A stretch of 64,000 bases of DNA, from the NCBI GenBank assembly GCA_008632985.1, contig QPGO01000109.1, positions 186,001 through 250,000 on the forward strand. Direction: 5' to 3'. Source of the DNA: Psammoneis japonica (taxonomy: Eukaryota). Under the pieces are notes generated by a model. It did not search any database, was not told the origin of the DNA, and was given only the letters and a program-made list of their open reading frames with translations. Numbering within the stretch: position 1 is the first letter of the stretch; each line of letters begins with the position of its first letter. Below, piece after piece: positions 12,499-24,596 of this stretch. The translations under genes were made by a program, and so were the position numbers.

Positions 12499-15400
12499 TT
12501 AATGGGCTGATGCCATTGGTGTCGGATGGTTGATGGCGTTTGATGTCTGGTGTTGCGCGATGTTGTGTGCGTGCGTTGCGAGTCCCTGCTTGCACCACTT
12601 GTCCTCGTCTTCCCAGTCAGGGTGCTTGGGGAACTTCATTTTTAGCGCTTCTTTGACCTTTCCAAAAATTCGCTGCTTTGCGTCAATCCCCAACAGCCCG
12701 TTGGAGGGATTGTCATGCCGACAGATGGGCTCACATGACAAGAACTTGCTGAAGCGCATCACAAGTGTCCTGAGGTGGCATCCATCCACATGACGTTCCT
12801 CCAACCCGCGAAACGGCTTGTCTTGCTTTTTGTCTTGAAACGTGTCGAACGTTTTGATTGCAGCCTTGTCGCCACTCATGGCAGAAGGGGCCCCAGACGC
12901 CTCAGTGATTGGCTCCCCAAGGGTCAAAGAGGGCATGCTGCATGGCTGCTCTGTGGTTGCAGGTGGCTTCTGTGGCTGCGTCTGTGTTTTTGTGAGACGA
13001 CATCTCCTCTGTGTTGTGTCTCTCGTCTCGAGCTTTGGCACGGCATCGCAGAAGTCTTGCGGATGGTGCTGAGTCTGATGATGTAAAAATTCTTGTGTGC
13101 ATGCAGACATGGTGTGTTCCACCAACTTCAACTTTCAGAGAACTTTCGGGTTGCTTCTTCTGAAAGTTGCCAACTCCATTCCGGAAAAATCTTCAACACA
13201 CGTGACTCAGGATAATTTCACACATGCCGATTTGCAACCTTTTTCCAGTGTTGTAAAATCGTCAACTTTCTCCCAACAATCACGGGTCGCAACCATCGAT
13301 TGTGCGCGGCTTCGCAGCAATCAAAAGATCGCAATGCGCGTGCTTGCCACGTGTGACAATCGACTGCAATCGCGATCGAGGTTGGCCCCCACTCGGAATT
13401 CGCGCGCCCCATGCAGGGGCACCCCTCCCCTGTGCAACAACGCATTTTTTGTGAATGAACACCACGTTTTGGTCAATTTTTGGTCCTGTGTTCACCGAAA
13501 ATCCCGTTTCACACGACTGAATTTTAGACACGAATCGATCGTGATCGATTGCGAACACGATTGCGATTGTTGTGACCAGTGCCGGACAAACAATCAGCAG
13601 ATTGCAGTCATTTTGATCACGATCCGCAATCGAGTTGCAAACAGGATTGCAGCTGAGTTGGCGATTTTACAATGGTGCCTTTTTTGCGAACATTTGGCCC
13701 ATCATCTGTCCGTCAGAATGTGGATTTTTGTGACCCTTCAGGCCTTTTTCACCGCGACACAGCACGGCACAATGGCGCCATCATGCCATTGTGATTTTGA
13801 GCACAATGGAAGGTGGGACATCGGTCGCCAATGATTGCATTGGTCCCTTTTGATGCTCTGAATGCTCGAATGTGTCATCGGTGACCGATGCCCCACCTTC
13901 CTTTGTCATGAAAATGCCATCTCTTTTTCGCCATGGCCGCACCACGTGCCAAGCGTTGAGCGATCTTGTGAGTGATGACAAGGCATGCACATCTCTGCAT
14001 GATTTAGTGCGCGTCATTTGAATTTCCAATTTTCTCACACAACATCATCAACCGTCATCGTTGTTCATGTGGCCATGGCATCCAGCAAGAAAAATGGCAG
14101 CGATGCAGGAAAGAAATGATTTGTTGTCCTGTTAAAAAAAGAGAGTCAACAATGCTCTCGTTCTTTTGATGGCACACGTCTTGGCAAGCTTTGATGGGAA
14201 ATGGCAAAACTCAGGCGACATTTGCCGTGTGCTCCAGGTTGGCGGCATTGCAGGTGGAACAGCCCAAAGTGACACGCCGGATTAAATCCAGAAGGGATCT
14301 GGATCCAAGGGCTTGGTTTCATTTTGCAGAAAGTCTGATGACAATGAAAGGCACTGCCATTCAGTGAAATTTGAATCTGACCCCGATGCTCCCGAATCTC
14401 AAGCCCACATTCAAATTGAGTCATTCCGGGTCGACTTGTTGGCGTGCTGCATGGTTCACATGATTCCCTTGTTGAATCTGTTGATGCTCACATTGCACAA
14501 TCGACGTGTTCCAGCAGCACGTGAACCAAATCATGCACAAAAATGACATTTGCGCAATTTTTGCGTGGCCCCTGACTTGCGATCGAACTTTCACCACCAA
14601 AAGCATGGATTCACACAAATGCAAATGTTTTGCAACACTGACAAGACTCGTGTGAGTGTTGCAATGTCATTTTCATTGCGCCATCTGTGTTTTTCATTGC
14701 ATCAAAAGATTTGCAACACAACGGATGATTTTCGGTGAAAGTGTTGCTTTCATTTGGATGTCACCCAAACGCGTCTTTCTACGATGCTGCTTGGCAGGTT
14801 TTCCACCTGCAAAGAAATCCCAGCATAAATCTGCTGACGCACAATCAGCATTGAGTCCACTGAGGAAGTTTGTGACACACATCCCATGAGGACTTGAACA
14901 CCCCTCAAAAAACTGTTTGCATGTCCATGCTCTAGAAACCCACAAAAGTCAATCCGTCTGAGCATTTTACATGAACATGCCACACACACTAAAAGACACA
15001 TAAATCACATTCAAAATTGATTGTTGTTTTGTGCGTCACCTGGGACTGGAACAATCTGTTTTGTGGCAGTGGCAATCATGGTGGCATTGATTTTTTCAAC
15101 TGCCATTGCAGTTGGCGACATTGCATCTAGAGTTGCAATTTACAATGTCATCACATTCTTTGAAAGCATCCTCTTCTTCAGACGACTCAGCTGCCGGCAT
15201 CCGTGCAGTTGTCATGGCAAAGAAACAGCTCTCGCTTTTTCTTTTCAGTGTTGATTGGAGGGAGAAAAAAATTCTCAGATTGCACGTAATTTCAGCACTG
15301 AAACACAAGTAGAACAGACAGCAAAAAGATGCGCAGGCCAACCCACATTCGCCAAATGGGATTCACGTGGCAGCCCTTCATGCCAGTGTTGACCAATTGC

Positions 15401-17520
15401 CAGGATCGACTGCAATCAGCCTCACTTTGATTGCAATCGCAACTGCAAACTCGATTGCAATGACCTGATTTTGGGAAGAGCCAAGGTCGCAATCACAGTC
15501 GACTGTTGCGATCAATTGCAGCCACAATTCGAGCTCTTTTTTTAGCTGAAATCAGCAAAACAGCTCAACATCTTTGCCTGCGGCGGGCTTTTCTCCTGCA
15601 TGGAGTGTGCTCTTGTGCAGAGAGCGCCGGCTCTGCCCGGCGGGGCAACTGCAATCACAGCTGCAATCTGTTCATCAGACTGCGCAATTGCTGCGTGATT
15701 GCAGTTGACCAGTTGCTGTTCCACAGCGATGCAATCAACTGGCTGCAATCTGATTGCTGCAGAAAACTTTGCAACCAGTTGACCCTGCTTCATGCCAGCC
15801 TGTTTCTTGAACTTGAGCATGTGCCGGCATGCACTTCAATGGGTGGAGTCGATCACACATTGAGACCCACCCAAGATCTCCAACCATTGAAATTTCTCCA
15901 TGTGCTTGCAATGCAACTTTTTGTGCATGGATGTGAAGGATCTCATTGAACTTGTCACAAAAAAATCCTCCCCTCTTTTTCTGATCCGGCCAGTTCATGA
16001 GTTTCAGTGCACTGACCAAAGTGTCCGACAAGCCGATGCTGACAGGCAGGTGGTGATTTGAGACCCATGCAGAAATGTGCGTGATTTCAGTGCTGGAGAT
16101 CAGATGCGCCCTGCAAGGGCCAAGGATTTTTCTGGGGGGTGAAAAGGGTGGCAATCGAATGCTCTCATCATGCTGTTTCAAACGCGATGCCTCTTGATTT
16201 TTTTCGACCAACAGAAAATTCTACGCATTTTTGTGCCACGCCCCACGCGGGTCTTAATTTGTGCCGGGTCTCATTTTGGGATCGACTCCTCTGCATCACC
16301 ACGTGAAAGGTGGGACATTGCAGCCACAGGCCCGGCACATTGTCTGTTCTTCAGTCTGCTGCAGAAAAATCACAGGAGACTTTGTGTGGAATCATCTCAC
16401 CACCTTTTCAGCTTTTTGATTGCCTCGCATTTCCACATTTTTCTTTCAATGATCACCTTTTGCAGATGACAATGGCTTTTCCTTTGGGTGTGAAACAATC
16501 ACACTGTGATGGACAGCTGCATCTGTACGACACGTGCAACATTTTGACGCTGCAGTCTTTGGCGTGGCACAGGTGGCACCATGGATGGCATCGTTGATGC
16601 AGTCGGCATTTGTGTTGGCGTTGGAGCAGCCGGCGATTCAGTCGGTGGTGTTGGAACAGTCTAGAGGCGGCGTTTGTGTTGGCGCAAGTGGCGTTGCAGT
16701 TGGAGCAGGCAGTGCTGGGTGGTTGCCTGTGTGGGACTTGGCGTCGGAGGTTGGAGCGAGATGTGGTTGGTGCAGCGGTGTTTGTGTTGGCGCAGGTGTC
16801 GTCATTGACAGCGTCATTGACGCAGGCGGTGTTGTCGTATTTGGCATTGGAGCAGCCGGCGACATCAAGTTGGCAACGTTGGAGTGGGTGGTGTTGGCAT
16901 TGGCACAATCAGCGACATTGGTGGAGGCGATGGCGCAGGCAGCATTGGAGTCATTGCAGGCAGTGTTGTTGGAGCAGCAGGCGGTTCTGGATGGCTGGGG
17001 GTGGCTGTGTGGGATTTGTTGTTGGAGAGATGGATTCTGTGATGGCAGTGGTGTTGGGTGGGTGACTGTTTGTGTTTGACTGCAATGCAAGGTAAATTTT
17101 CCAGCAGCTCCAGTGTTTTTAATTTCCTTTGCTGCAATGCTCAACCTTGACTCTCTCGATTCTTCGCCAAAGCTTTCATCTTGAGAAAAACTTGACACCA
17201 AGATTGTGGAGCTTCATTTTCGGTGGCCAGAAAGTGCAATGGTGCCCAAGACTTTGCAACAGGCTCTTCATCAGAGAGGACAAAGTGCTCGCCAGTCAAG
17301 TCAATCTCAAGCAACAACTGTGTTTGCTCTGGCCCTTGCTGCAAGAGATGGGTCATCCTTTTCTTTGTTTCTTTGCGTGGCTCAACTTCTTGAAGACCGC
17401 TTGCACTTCTGGTGAGTTGCGCTGGGCTGTTCAACGCGCATGGCAATCAATTGTCTGCCTTGCACTCACCATTGTTTCTGCTGCATTGTGCACAGGTGTT
17501 GTCAGCCGACGCGTCAGCTG
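12499..17520. mobile_element. Nested, degraded repeat block of unassigned families (TpA-depleted)
   Basis: Tyr-free broken ORFs, GATTGC/GCAATC-rich blocks at ~13250-13670 and ~15400-15790, and an embedded MITE. No assignable intact gene. Confidence 0.5.
14503..15053. mobile_element. MITE-B, old TpA-eroded copy
   Basis: Starts gacgtgttccag, ends cacctgggactggaac (last bases lost), aatc on both sides; colinear with 29616-30144. Confidence 0.85.
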
Positions 17521-17587
17521 AGGCGCTCGCCAACTCCTCATTCTCCGCCACAATTGACTTCAGTGAGGAGATGGCAGAATCTTTGTA

Positions 17588-20500
17588 GAGACGACAAACC
17601 TGGACACCCACCACAATCAGTCACGCGAACATTTTTGAAGAAAGGAATCTCACAATTTTGAACAAAAAAATAGAAAAAGTTGCGCTTTCTGTGAATCTAA
17701 GATTCCCTCTGATCGCCGCAACAACAGCGCAGGAATTGCATCCAACACAAAACCGTGGAATCTTTTTCACGCAGAAGTGTCGTTGCAATGTTGTTGCATT
17801 TGTTGACGACACAACAACCGTCCAGCTGCAGGCACCATCCGTTTTAGCCTCTCCACCCCCATGGGGATCCGAGTGCAAAGTTGCCTGCAGCTGGAAAGCA
17901 TGCAGAAGGCTGTGGCAACATCATTTCAGACCGTGTCGGCGTGTGACCGGCATTGAAACGACTTTGCGGCGGTGATTCGACGTGAGTGTGATGTGTCTGA
18001 TGAAGAAACATGCTCAATGCGGGGTTGCCAAATGATTCTCTGGCAAGAGATGCTCGGCACATCAATGCAAGTGAAGAGAATGGAAATGGAATGGGGACGT
18101 TCCGAAAAGAGTGTGCGCCAAGTGTTCTTCCAAATGGCGACAAAAATTCGAGCAACAGCAAGGTCAGATGCTGCTTTGTCACCAATGAAGGAAAACTCCC
18201 ACCTCCTGACAAAGCTGGAAACTTGTGGTGCAATCACATTGCCACCAAAGTTGTCTCTCCTGCAGTTTGTTGCAATGTGAGTGAGACGGACAAGAACAAG
18301 CTCCAAAGTGTGCTCAGCAAAGCACTGAAGAAAAGGAAAGAAAGGGAGAAGAAAAAGAAGGGCAAAGGAGGAAAGGAGCAACAAACAAATCCATCTGCTC
18401 CTCCTGCTCCTGCTCCTGCTCCCAGTCCTGCCACCTCCTCCAATGAAAACAATCAAACTGAGACACCGACAAAGAGAAATGCTGCTGGTGGCGATGGAGA
18501 CCAGGATCTGCTCTCGCCCATGTCGCAAGGCATTAAGAAGAAACACCCTTGCAAATTTCAGAACTCTCGTGACAGTCAAGGGAGGAAGCACATTGAATGG
18601 GAAGAATTGAGTGATGAGCAAGTGGCCAGAGCAGACAGCATTGCCAGCAACACTTTGAGAAAGCACGCGAACGAGCTTGAACAGCCACTGACAGTGCTGT
18701 CAAACAAGAACAAAGCCATGGCGAGTAAACTGCTAGACTTGCTTAAATCTTGCATGGAGTGTGCAAGTCAATTGGCTTGTGTGAGCAGCACCCAGGATGC
18801 AGACATGATGGACAAAGAAATTGTGGACGGCGTGCACGACTTCCTAGAGAAGCACAAGAGCCACGGTGCAGTTCCCACTGAAGTGCGCAATGCTGTTGAT
18901 GCAGTCATGACTGCTGCTTGCCACAGCTTAAAAGATTCTGCCAGTGGTTCAGACTCTTACAAGACTTCAACCAATCGTGTGGCGGAACGCCTGGGCACCC
19001 GATGGCACAAGGCAGACGACAGTCGAAAGCGAGCTAGAGAAATTAAGGAAAGCGAGGATGTTTTCGAAATTCGACCATGGAAAAAACGGAGTGACTGCAC
19101 ATGCGATCAAGCTCAGCCATGCGCACTCAAATTTTGTCATTCAGAAGAAGGATCTCGTGTTGATGCAGAGTCCAGTGGAGTTTGCAAGGAAAAGGATCCA
19201 GCAACGGGAAAAGTCGTCGCTCATCCAGCTCGAGCATGGAACGACACGACTCTTGAGAGCCGATTCGAAGCATTCCAAAAATCAGAAGCACATCGGACCT
19301 TTCAAGACACCTGTGAGAGCTCAACAGGCAAAGAACGATTCCGTGGCTGCACATGCCCTTGTGTGCAGGACCCGTCTGAACATTCTTGTGTTGATTTGCT
19401 GAAGACTGGACTGGAGGAGTGCATGAAATCATTGAACAAAGCGTCGAGCAGTCCATGTGTTGAAAAGCGAGTAGAAAATTGCACTTGTGACTTACACACT
19501 CAAATGAGAGAGGATGAGGATGATGGGAAAGGTGCTGACAACATCTTTTCATTGCTGGGAACAAACCACAGACAACTCGTTAAAGCATCATGCTGTCCGG
19601 CAAAGGAGGAACCAATGCTCTGCACAGAGGTCGGAGGCTGTCCACCCAAGCCAATCCCTTGGAAATGCACACACGGGAACTGTCAGAGTTGTGGAGTCAA
19701 AAAGATGAAGCTGCAAGAATGTAAAGCACTCACCGAGTGCGACATTAAAGTCCCGGCAAAGGAATGGTTGCTGGCGCCGAGAGCTGGGGCCAATGCGAAA
19801 GGGGAACAAAACACGCAGACAGAACTGACGGATGTCGAGCTGCCAGTGAAAACCGTCATAGAGCGACTGCTGATGCAGCTGGAGAAATGCAGAAAGCACC
19901 ATTGTGAGACTGAACTTGTCAATCTCATACGACGCATTGATGCACACACCTTTGCCCTCCAGGAGCTGCCAATCTTCACTGACTTCTCCGCAACGTGCGA
20001 TCTTCGAGCCTGCCTGACCGACAATTGCTCCATGGATGCCCGCGCCATCCTCTGCATGTTTGTTGTTTTACATTCTCCGAGGACAATCACAGTTGAGCAC
20101 AATGGAGTGGACAAGGAGTGGCGAGTTAACGAATGCGATGTCTGGCACTTCTTTGGCGAAACAATGTCAAAAGGAAAGAAGAACGACCACGTCTTCCACA
20201 ACGCATGCCTTCTCGAGATTGTCCAACACTGCAAGCGTCAATTCAAGCGCAACAGTGTCGAGTTAATGAGAACAATGGTGTGGACCGACAACTGTGGCCC
20301 TCAATGCAAGTGCAATCAAAACTTTTTGAGAATCTCAAGATTTGCAAGCACAGTCGACGGGGTTACAGCAACTCACCGGTTTGCCCAGAAACGTCATTTT
20401 AAATGTGTTTGGGATGCAGCAGGGAAGGTGGTGAAGCATTGCATGCGGCGTGTGGAGCTCCGCAGAGCAAGATTGCCCATGGCATTTGATTGCTTCAAGG

Positions 20501-21410
20501 CGATGCGACAAGAGCTCGGGAACTGCAAACCTGCGACCGACTGGAATGCCCTTGAAGCATCCAAGCATCCTGACATCCTTGCAAAGAAAAGATTCGTGGC
20601 ATCCAGAAGATTTTTTGGACATGCAACTGAAAAGAAAGAGCAGTTTGAGCAGCTGCAAAACGAATTCAAGAACATTGCATTCACCGACCGTGAAAACGCA
20701 CCTCAAGGAACCCGAGTCAAGGACACCCAGAAACTTCATCAAGCATCTGGTTTTCTCAATCCAAAGCCACAGGACCCAAGCAAGTGGAAGATCCTTGCAG
20801 CGAAAATGCCTTGTTCGTGCCTTTGTTGTCGAAAGAAAGTCCAAGAGACCTGTCCGTTCAAGCACATCACAGATTCAAAGGCGTGTTGGGTGAGAGAACG
20901 AATCGACAACTCGGCGAGAACAGCAGAATTACAAGGGCAGCTCGAGACACACTTGCCGCAACTTGCTGAGGTGTTTGGAACGAGTGACATCACCAAGAAA
21001 ATGATCCAGGACAAGCTCAGACTGCTTGGACTGCCGATGTCAGGCCTCAAACACGAGGTTGCGCAATGTCTTGTTGATCACATCCGTTCCGGAAATGCAG
21101 ATGATTCGTCTCCGCCACTTGCTGTGCATTGTGCTGTTGTGGAAACTGACATGCACAATGATGAGAATGAAGACGATTTGGATGGTGTTGAGGAGGCGGA
21201 GGAGGCAGAGATGCCATGGCGCAGACAACAAACTCGTGTCATTGATTGTTGTTGTTGTTGTTTTTTGAGTGATCAAATGAGTGGTGCTGAGCGCACCTCG
21301 CGTGTTTTTTGCATTCATGACTCAAAGCCAAAAAAATAAAAAATTCGCTGAAACCATTGCCCTCTTTGACACCTGATTGTGGTGGGTGTCCCTGGGCCAA
21401 CACACTCTCT
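17588..21410 (+). mobile_element. Sola2-like DNA transposon
   Basis: Perfect 19-bp inverted repeat ggacacccaccacaatcag (17602-17620) / ctgattgtggtgggtgtcc (21373-21391) flanking a transposase ORF. Exact termini and TSD not resolved. Confidence 0.65.
18010..21339 (+). pseudogene. Sola2-like DDD transposase with C-terminal SAP-like motif, hypermutated (1 Tyr in 1109 aa)
   Basis: FTDFSA, WTDNCGPQCK and HFKCVWDAAGKVVK resemble the DF(S/A)ENY, SDxCxxQYK and HGKGxxDGxG motifs. KKMIQDKLRLLGLPMSGLKHEVAQCL is SAP-like. Confidence 0.7.
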
Positions 21411-21635
21411 CCAATGTCAGGTCAGCTAGAGCTGATGCCAGTTTGTGTGGACTGGATTTTTGGCTCTTGATTGAGGCATGCGCACAATGAGCACACAGCA
21501 GCGCAATGTCAGACAGAAGACAGTCATGCATTTTTTGCGATTTGCATGACAAATTGCCGTCGACGCCGACGATGACGATGACATTTTTCTCAAGCTCATG
21601 CAGGATGACTTTGAAATGGGCACTTGTCACAATGA

Positions 21636-21982
21636 TCGATTGCACTGTGTAGAACACGCACATGCACAGAAAGTCCCCCTGACGAAGTCTCAATCATTGA
21701 CAATGAATGCACAACAGTGACAGGTTGGAAAGCAGAGCTCGGTGTTGGTGCGACGTTTTGCTTTCGAGTGGAGATTGCTCTCGGGAACTTTCATGACTGA
21801 GTGCATTCTCGTGCTTAACAAACTAAATGTCCACAATGACAAAAGACTCTGGGACACATCGCTGTCATTGTTGTCGTCATGACAACGCACCACCATCATG
21901 TCGCTGATTTTCAGCGATGATGCGTGCAGCGCGCACGAAGTTTCCAGCACAAAAAAAATTCAGAAAGTCCAATCGTCTTGCC
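21636..21982. repeat. Dispersed ~350-bp repeat, copy 2
   Basis: Colinear with 5331-5675. Confidence 0.75.
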
Positions 21983-23476
21983 ATCCATCAGATCGTTGTG
22001 CGATTACCTTGAGTCTTCAAAGTGTCTGGTCAAAGTCTTGTGGGGGTCAGCAGCCACTCGGCTTGATGATGAGCATCTGCAGCACATTTTTCTGGAGAAA
22101 CGGTGGCCACGCGGCTTGATGATGACGAGCTTTTATCAGGAGACAGTGCAGTTTCTTCTTCTTCATTGTTGGTAGAATGTAAAGCTAACTTCATTTCATT
22201 GCATTTTGCGTGCCTCGAAACTTGGTCGTCGACGACTTGGAATTCACTGGTGCAAGTGCACGATTCCTCCTTTGCGTGCTCGGGAACGATTGCAACAACG
22301 GTTTCGCCACAAAGATCACTGGTCTTGAGCTGACTGCAAGTCTCCTCAATCTTTTTCCTGGTGCATCATCCACATGCACAAAGAAAGGGGTCGTGGTCAA
22401 TGTGAAGCAACGTGCTGAAAAGAAGTGAGTCGGGCACCACCTTGGCACTCTTCACATTGTGCTGCACCATCCAGAATTTTTCTCTGGGGAAGCACCCTTC
22501 CAGACATCCACTAATTTATTAAACCATTCAATGAATGCATTAGCGATTGACAAAACCTCTGACGGTGAAGTTTTTTGGCTGACTCGTGCTCTGTCGGAGG
22601 CAGCAAACAACAACACAAAATGTGAGGTGAGTCATTCAAATGTAGAAATGGCAACTTAAATCGAGCTTGGGAAGCGGAGTCGCCATGCAGGGATCTTCTT
22701 ATGGGTATAAGTAAGACATTCATGCCCCGATTCCGCTTCCCATGTCAACATTGACGCCACCGCAACCGACAGACTCACCATGGTGGGGTGGAGTGTTTCG
22801 CCGTGCAAAAAGCACGGGAGTGTCGGAAGGGTGGACGAACACCGAGCACAACATTTGAGTCGAAGTATTCGAGCTACAAGGTCCCTTCACGTACCGGTAG
22901 GGCCTTTCACGTGGTGACGTGGGCTTTTCGTCTGTGGTCAGCCCGTCACACCGTTGGCCCCGTCATCACGCACAGTCGTCGTGAAGTTGCGACCCATACA
23001 TAAAATGATAATCTACTACATCTCGGCTTATGGGCGGGGTAGGCTCCTAGTAGCTAGAGATGGGGATAGATTGCAATTCTCAAGTCCGCAACCTTTAATA
23101 CATTCAAATGCTCTAAATTGAGCACAATGAGTCATAGAGATGCTATTGTATGTAGGGCTAGTCTTATTATGTTCTCTCCCGATCTCCGTAGGACTTTTGT
23201 TTCGCAACAACAAGCACGATAGAACCCCACGACCGGATCGAAAGGAAACTCCGCGAAGCAAATGTAACCTACAAAAACTTGTTTCCATTTCCTATCCTGA
23301 AATACGTATCTTTTTCGTCCTTGAATAATAAATCATACCGATGCAACTACTTACAAGCAAACTATAAGGTACGCAACGACCTCTTTCTTTGTACTTTAAC
23401 CTAAAACTAGTTTCATCCAACGAATAGTCAGACCGAATCACTAGCTAATCTCCTCACCACGTTTTAAATGATAGTT

Positions 23477-24226
23477 TCAAACATAACTAGTTTCTGCCGG
23501 TTGCTGTTGTTGCTGTTGTTGCGCTCCACCCAAGAATCCAAACAATCCCGATCGTAGCATCGACATGGCACCGGCTTGAGCACCCTGTTGCATCATTTGT
23601 TGAAATTTCGCCTTTTGATCGGAACTGCACTTGTAATATCCATAGACATTGGCAATACTCAAACTGAGCGCCATGACGACCGTCAACAACCACCTCAATT
23701 CCAATTTGAGTAAACCAATCACAAAGAGTCCCGCCCAGACACATGGTGTCGCATACAGGACGGTCCAAAAGACACGTGAATCAAACTTGTTGACTACAAC
23801 ATGCTGTTGTTGGTTGGCAGCCGCCGATTCAAAAATCCATCGCGTCGTGTTTCCTTCAATTTTATTCCACCACCGCAATCCCACCAAGAGACGTCCGGTA
23901 ATGTTTTTGACGACCCAAAAATCGGCACTCAATAATAAAATACAAAGGACCGTAACGGTAATAAAATTAGCACCACCACCAAAGAAACCACCAAAAATAT
24001 ACAACACAAATGCGAGCGTCTTGAAGAGAACGTGAAACAAACAAACCGTAGGATGTGCACTCTGCTGTACCAACGCTGCCATGGTGCCGGATGGAGTGGA
24101 AGCAGTGGTGGAAGTCACTGAAGACGTAGCAGCAGCCGAGTCCATGGGGCCACTGGGGAGTGGTGGAGGCTGGTTACCGCCGCCGCTGCCTTCAATGTTG
24201 AATTGCAAGTCATGAGAAGATGCCAT
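23477..24226 (-). CDS. TVP23: Golgi membrane protein TVP23/FAM18 (DUF846)
   Basis: HPTVCLFHVLFK, DFWVVKNITGRLLVGLRWWN, WIFES, FWTVLY, NVYGYYKC. Confidence 0.93.
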   Translation of the reverse strand: MASSHDLQFNIEGSGGGNQPPPLPSGPMDSAAATSSVTSTTASTPSGTMAALVQQSAHPTVCLFHVLFKTLAFVLYIFGGFFGGGANFITVTVLCILLLSADFWVVKNITGRLLVGLRWWNKIEGNTTRWIFESAAANQQQHVVVNKFDSRVFWTVLYATPCVWAGLFVIGLLKLELRWLLTVVMALSLSIANVYGYYKCSSDQKAKFQQMMQQGAQAGAMSMLRSGLFGFLGGAQQQQQQQPAETSYV

Positions 24227-24303
24227 GGTCGATGTTGCGAGTGTTGTGTTGTGCCAGAAAAAAGTCTCTCTGCTGTTGCGGTCTTGCGGTCGTCCGTAAT
24301 CAA

Positions 24304-24473
24304 TGCAAGCTCAAGCTGAAAACTGATGTCAAAACAAAGAAGTGAGTAGACCGAAGAGAGGGGAGCCTACAGCAAGCGTTAGCGAACGCTGGCGAGCCTC
24401 TCTCAAACGGCTACGTTAATCTAACATCCAAAATTAATGCTATATATCAGAAGCGTGCGAGTGAGTTGCTGCA
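24304..24473 (-). repeat. Gypsy 3' LTR (170 bp)
   Basis: Direct repeat of 30477-30641, adjacent to the PPT. Confidence 0.95.
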
Positions 24474-24596
24474 CTCTTCCCTTCCATGATCCGAAAGAAC
24501 TAGAGGATCATGCAAAGGGCCAAAAACCAAGGACCAAAACCAAAAACAAAGACAACAACAGGAGGAAACCCAGGTGTTGGGAAGAAAACCCCCTGA

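Noticed and set aside
16453..17201. Mucin-like Pro/Thr-rich CDS
   Set aside because: Low-complexity, TA-depleted sequence open in several frames; cannot be supported as a gene.
22668..22741. Short inverted repeat (gggaagcggagtcg / cgattccgcttccc) as an ncRNA or terminator
   Set aside because: Single imperfect hairpin with no supporting context.
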